NCBI RefSeq assembly: GCF_001194135.2 | Contig: NC_068991.1 | Span: 43,651,018 to 43,715,017, forward strand | DNA length: 64,000 nucleotides | DNA from: Octopus bimaculoides | Taxonomy: Eukaryota | Reading direction: 5' to 3' | In this document: in pieces, positions 62,830 to 64,000 of the stretch | Numbering within the stretch: the first letter of the stretch is position 1 | Layout of the letters: each line of letters begins with the position of its first letter | Translations under genes and position numbers: made by a program | The notes under the pieces: generated by a model | The model's input: only the letters and a program-made list of their open reading frames with translations | Database searches by the model: none | Told to the model about the DNA's origin: nothing

Positions 62830-64000
62830 CAGGTGTACCACGATAATAGTCCTGGTATAAGAATGTACCATTTTGATCACTTATAAGGATAGAAATACCA
62901 ACTATTTCCAGAAGAATTATTTTAAATAACTCATATAACACAAATGTACCATTGAACAACAAAATACATAAATAACATATTCACAGAAGTTTTGACTCTA
63001 TGATTAGTGTTTGGTGTATGAACATTTTGTTTGATGACCTCAAAAATGTGATTGTTTGTGGATTCAGTCAGTGTTTTGATAGTAGAGGGTAGGACTGCCT
63101 TAGCAGAGTCTAGTATTGCCTTCCAAAGTGTTTCCTTAGATGCATACAGCTTGCCATTCTGATAGATCTTGCTTTTGACGATGCTCCAGAGGTTCTCGAT
63201 GGGATTCAAATCTGGAGAACAGGCTGGCCACTTCATTAAAGTTTCTCCTTTGAATTCCAATGAGGAGAGGATCACTTTGGTTCTCTGAGTCGCATGTAGT
63301 GGGGCCTTACTATGCATAAAAATAACCTTGCTAAGCTTAGATAATGGGAGCTCATCCAGCCAGTCAGTTAGCACATCTCTAATAAAGTTACAGTACGTGA
63401 TAGCATTAATCTTCACACCTTCTGGCACTTTAAATGGACCAATCATCCTGTCTCCCATGATTCCAGCCCAAAACATGACTCCTCCACTCCCTTGCTGATG
63501 GTGCAAACACATGTGAGTGGGGTTGTCATAAAACACCCATCCCTTAGCCCAGCCATCAGGCCCATCTAGCATGGCTTGGCACTCGTCAGTGAACAAAATA
63601 TGCTTGACATCAGCCTTCATATATATTCTATCCCCTTCTAACCGAGCTTTTTTGTTTGAGAGTCAACAGAGGCTTGCATGCTGGTTCCTTCTCTTTCACA
63701 AAGCTACCAATTACTTTATTTCTGGTTGTTTTGGAGACATTTTCAATGCCAGCATCTGCAAATGAAGCTTTACTAGTACATCCAGGATTAAGTAAGCATC
63801 GCTTGAGATAGGAAATGTCTCGCACTGTGACTGTTTGGGATTTGCTTTTATCACTACGCTCATTTCGATACTTGTGATTTTGTAAATATCTGGGAATTGT
63901 TTTCACATGATAGCCTAGTTTCTCGGTCACTTCATCTGCAGACTTGCCTTTACCTATTTCTTTTATAATCTGGTTCCTTTCATATTCTGTAAGAGCTTTT
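62830..64000 (-). mobile_element. Tc1-like transposon of the DD37E (TRT) type, inactive, cut by the window edge, in EIF1AD intron 3
   Basis: HTH region KALTEYERNQII...TEKLGYHVKTI, frameshift near 63654, then FTDE..LDGPDGW..QQGSGGVMFWAGI..FMHSKAPLH..WPACSPDLNPIENLW. There are 37 residues between the second catalytic position (D changed to S) and E. Confidence 0.85.

Overview
AT-rich, intron-rich animal genomic scaffold with N-gaps and many microsatellites. The SINE/RTE repertoire suggests an octopod cephalopod (inference from repeat content). I could assemble three spliced housekeeping genes by hand from GT-AG exons that the ORF track mostly misses. (1) DESI2/PPPDE1: first coding exon only, minus strand, 12854-12892. 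(2) BCKDHA: complete, 9 exons, plus strand, 14378-47979, 443 aa, head-to-head with DESI2. (3) EIF1AD: exons 1-3, plus strand, 54122-61942, continuing beyond the window. The rest is mostly transposable-element debris: two RTE LINE types (one with a PHD finger inside ORF2), a CR1 with inverted ORF1, an R4/Dong-like element in (AAT)n, a Penelope-like element with inverted terminal repeats, a Gypsy LTR relic, hAT, pogo and piggyBac-like MITEs and relics, a DD37E Tc1-like transposase, tRNA-derived SINEs and foldback elements. The most notable unannotated signal is four unrelated type-I hammerhead-ribozyme-like motifs between 43 and 59 kb. Three lie in sense orientation inside introns, and the one in EIF1AD intron 1 is nearly intact. 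No CRISPR array, rRNA or genuine tRNA gene was seen. All TE family calls come from remembered motifs, not database searches, and TE boundaries are approximate.
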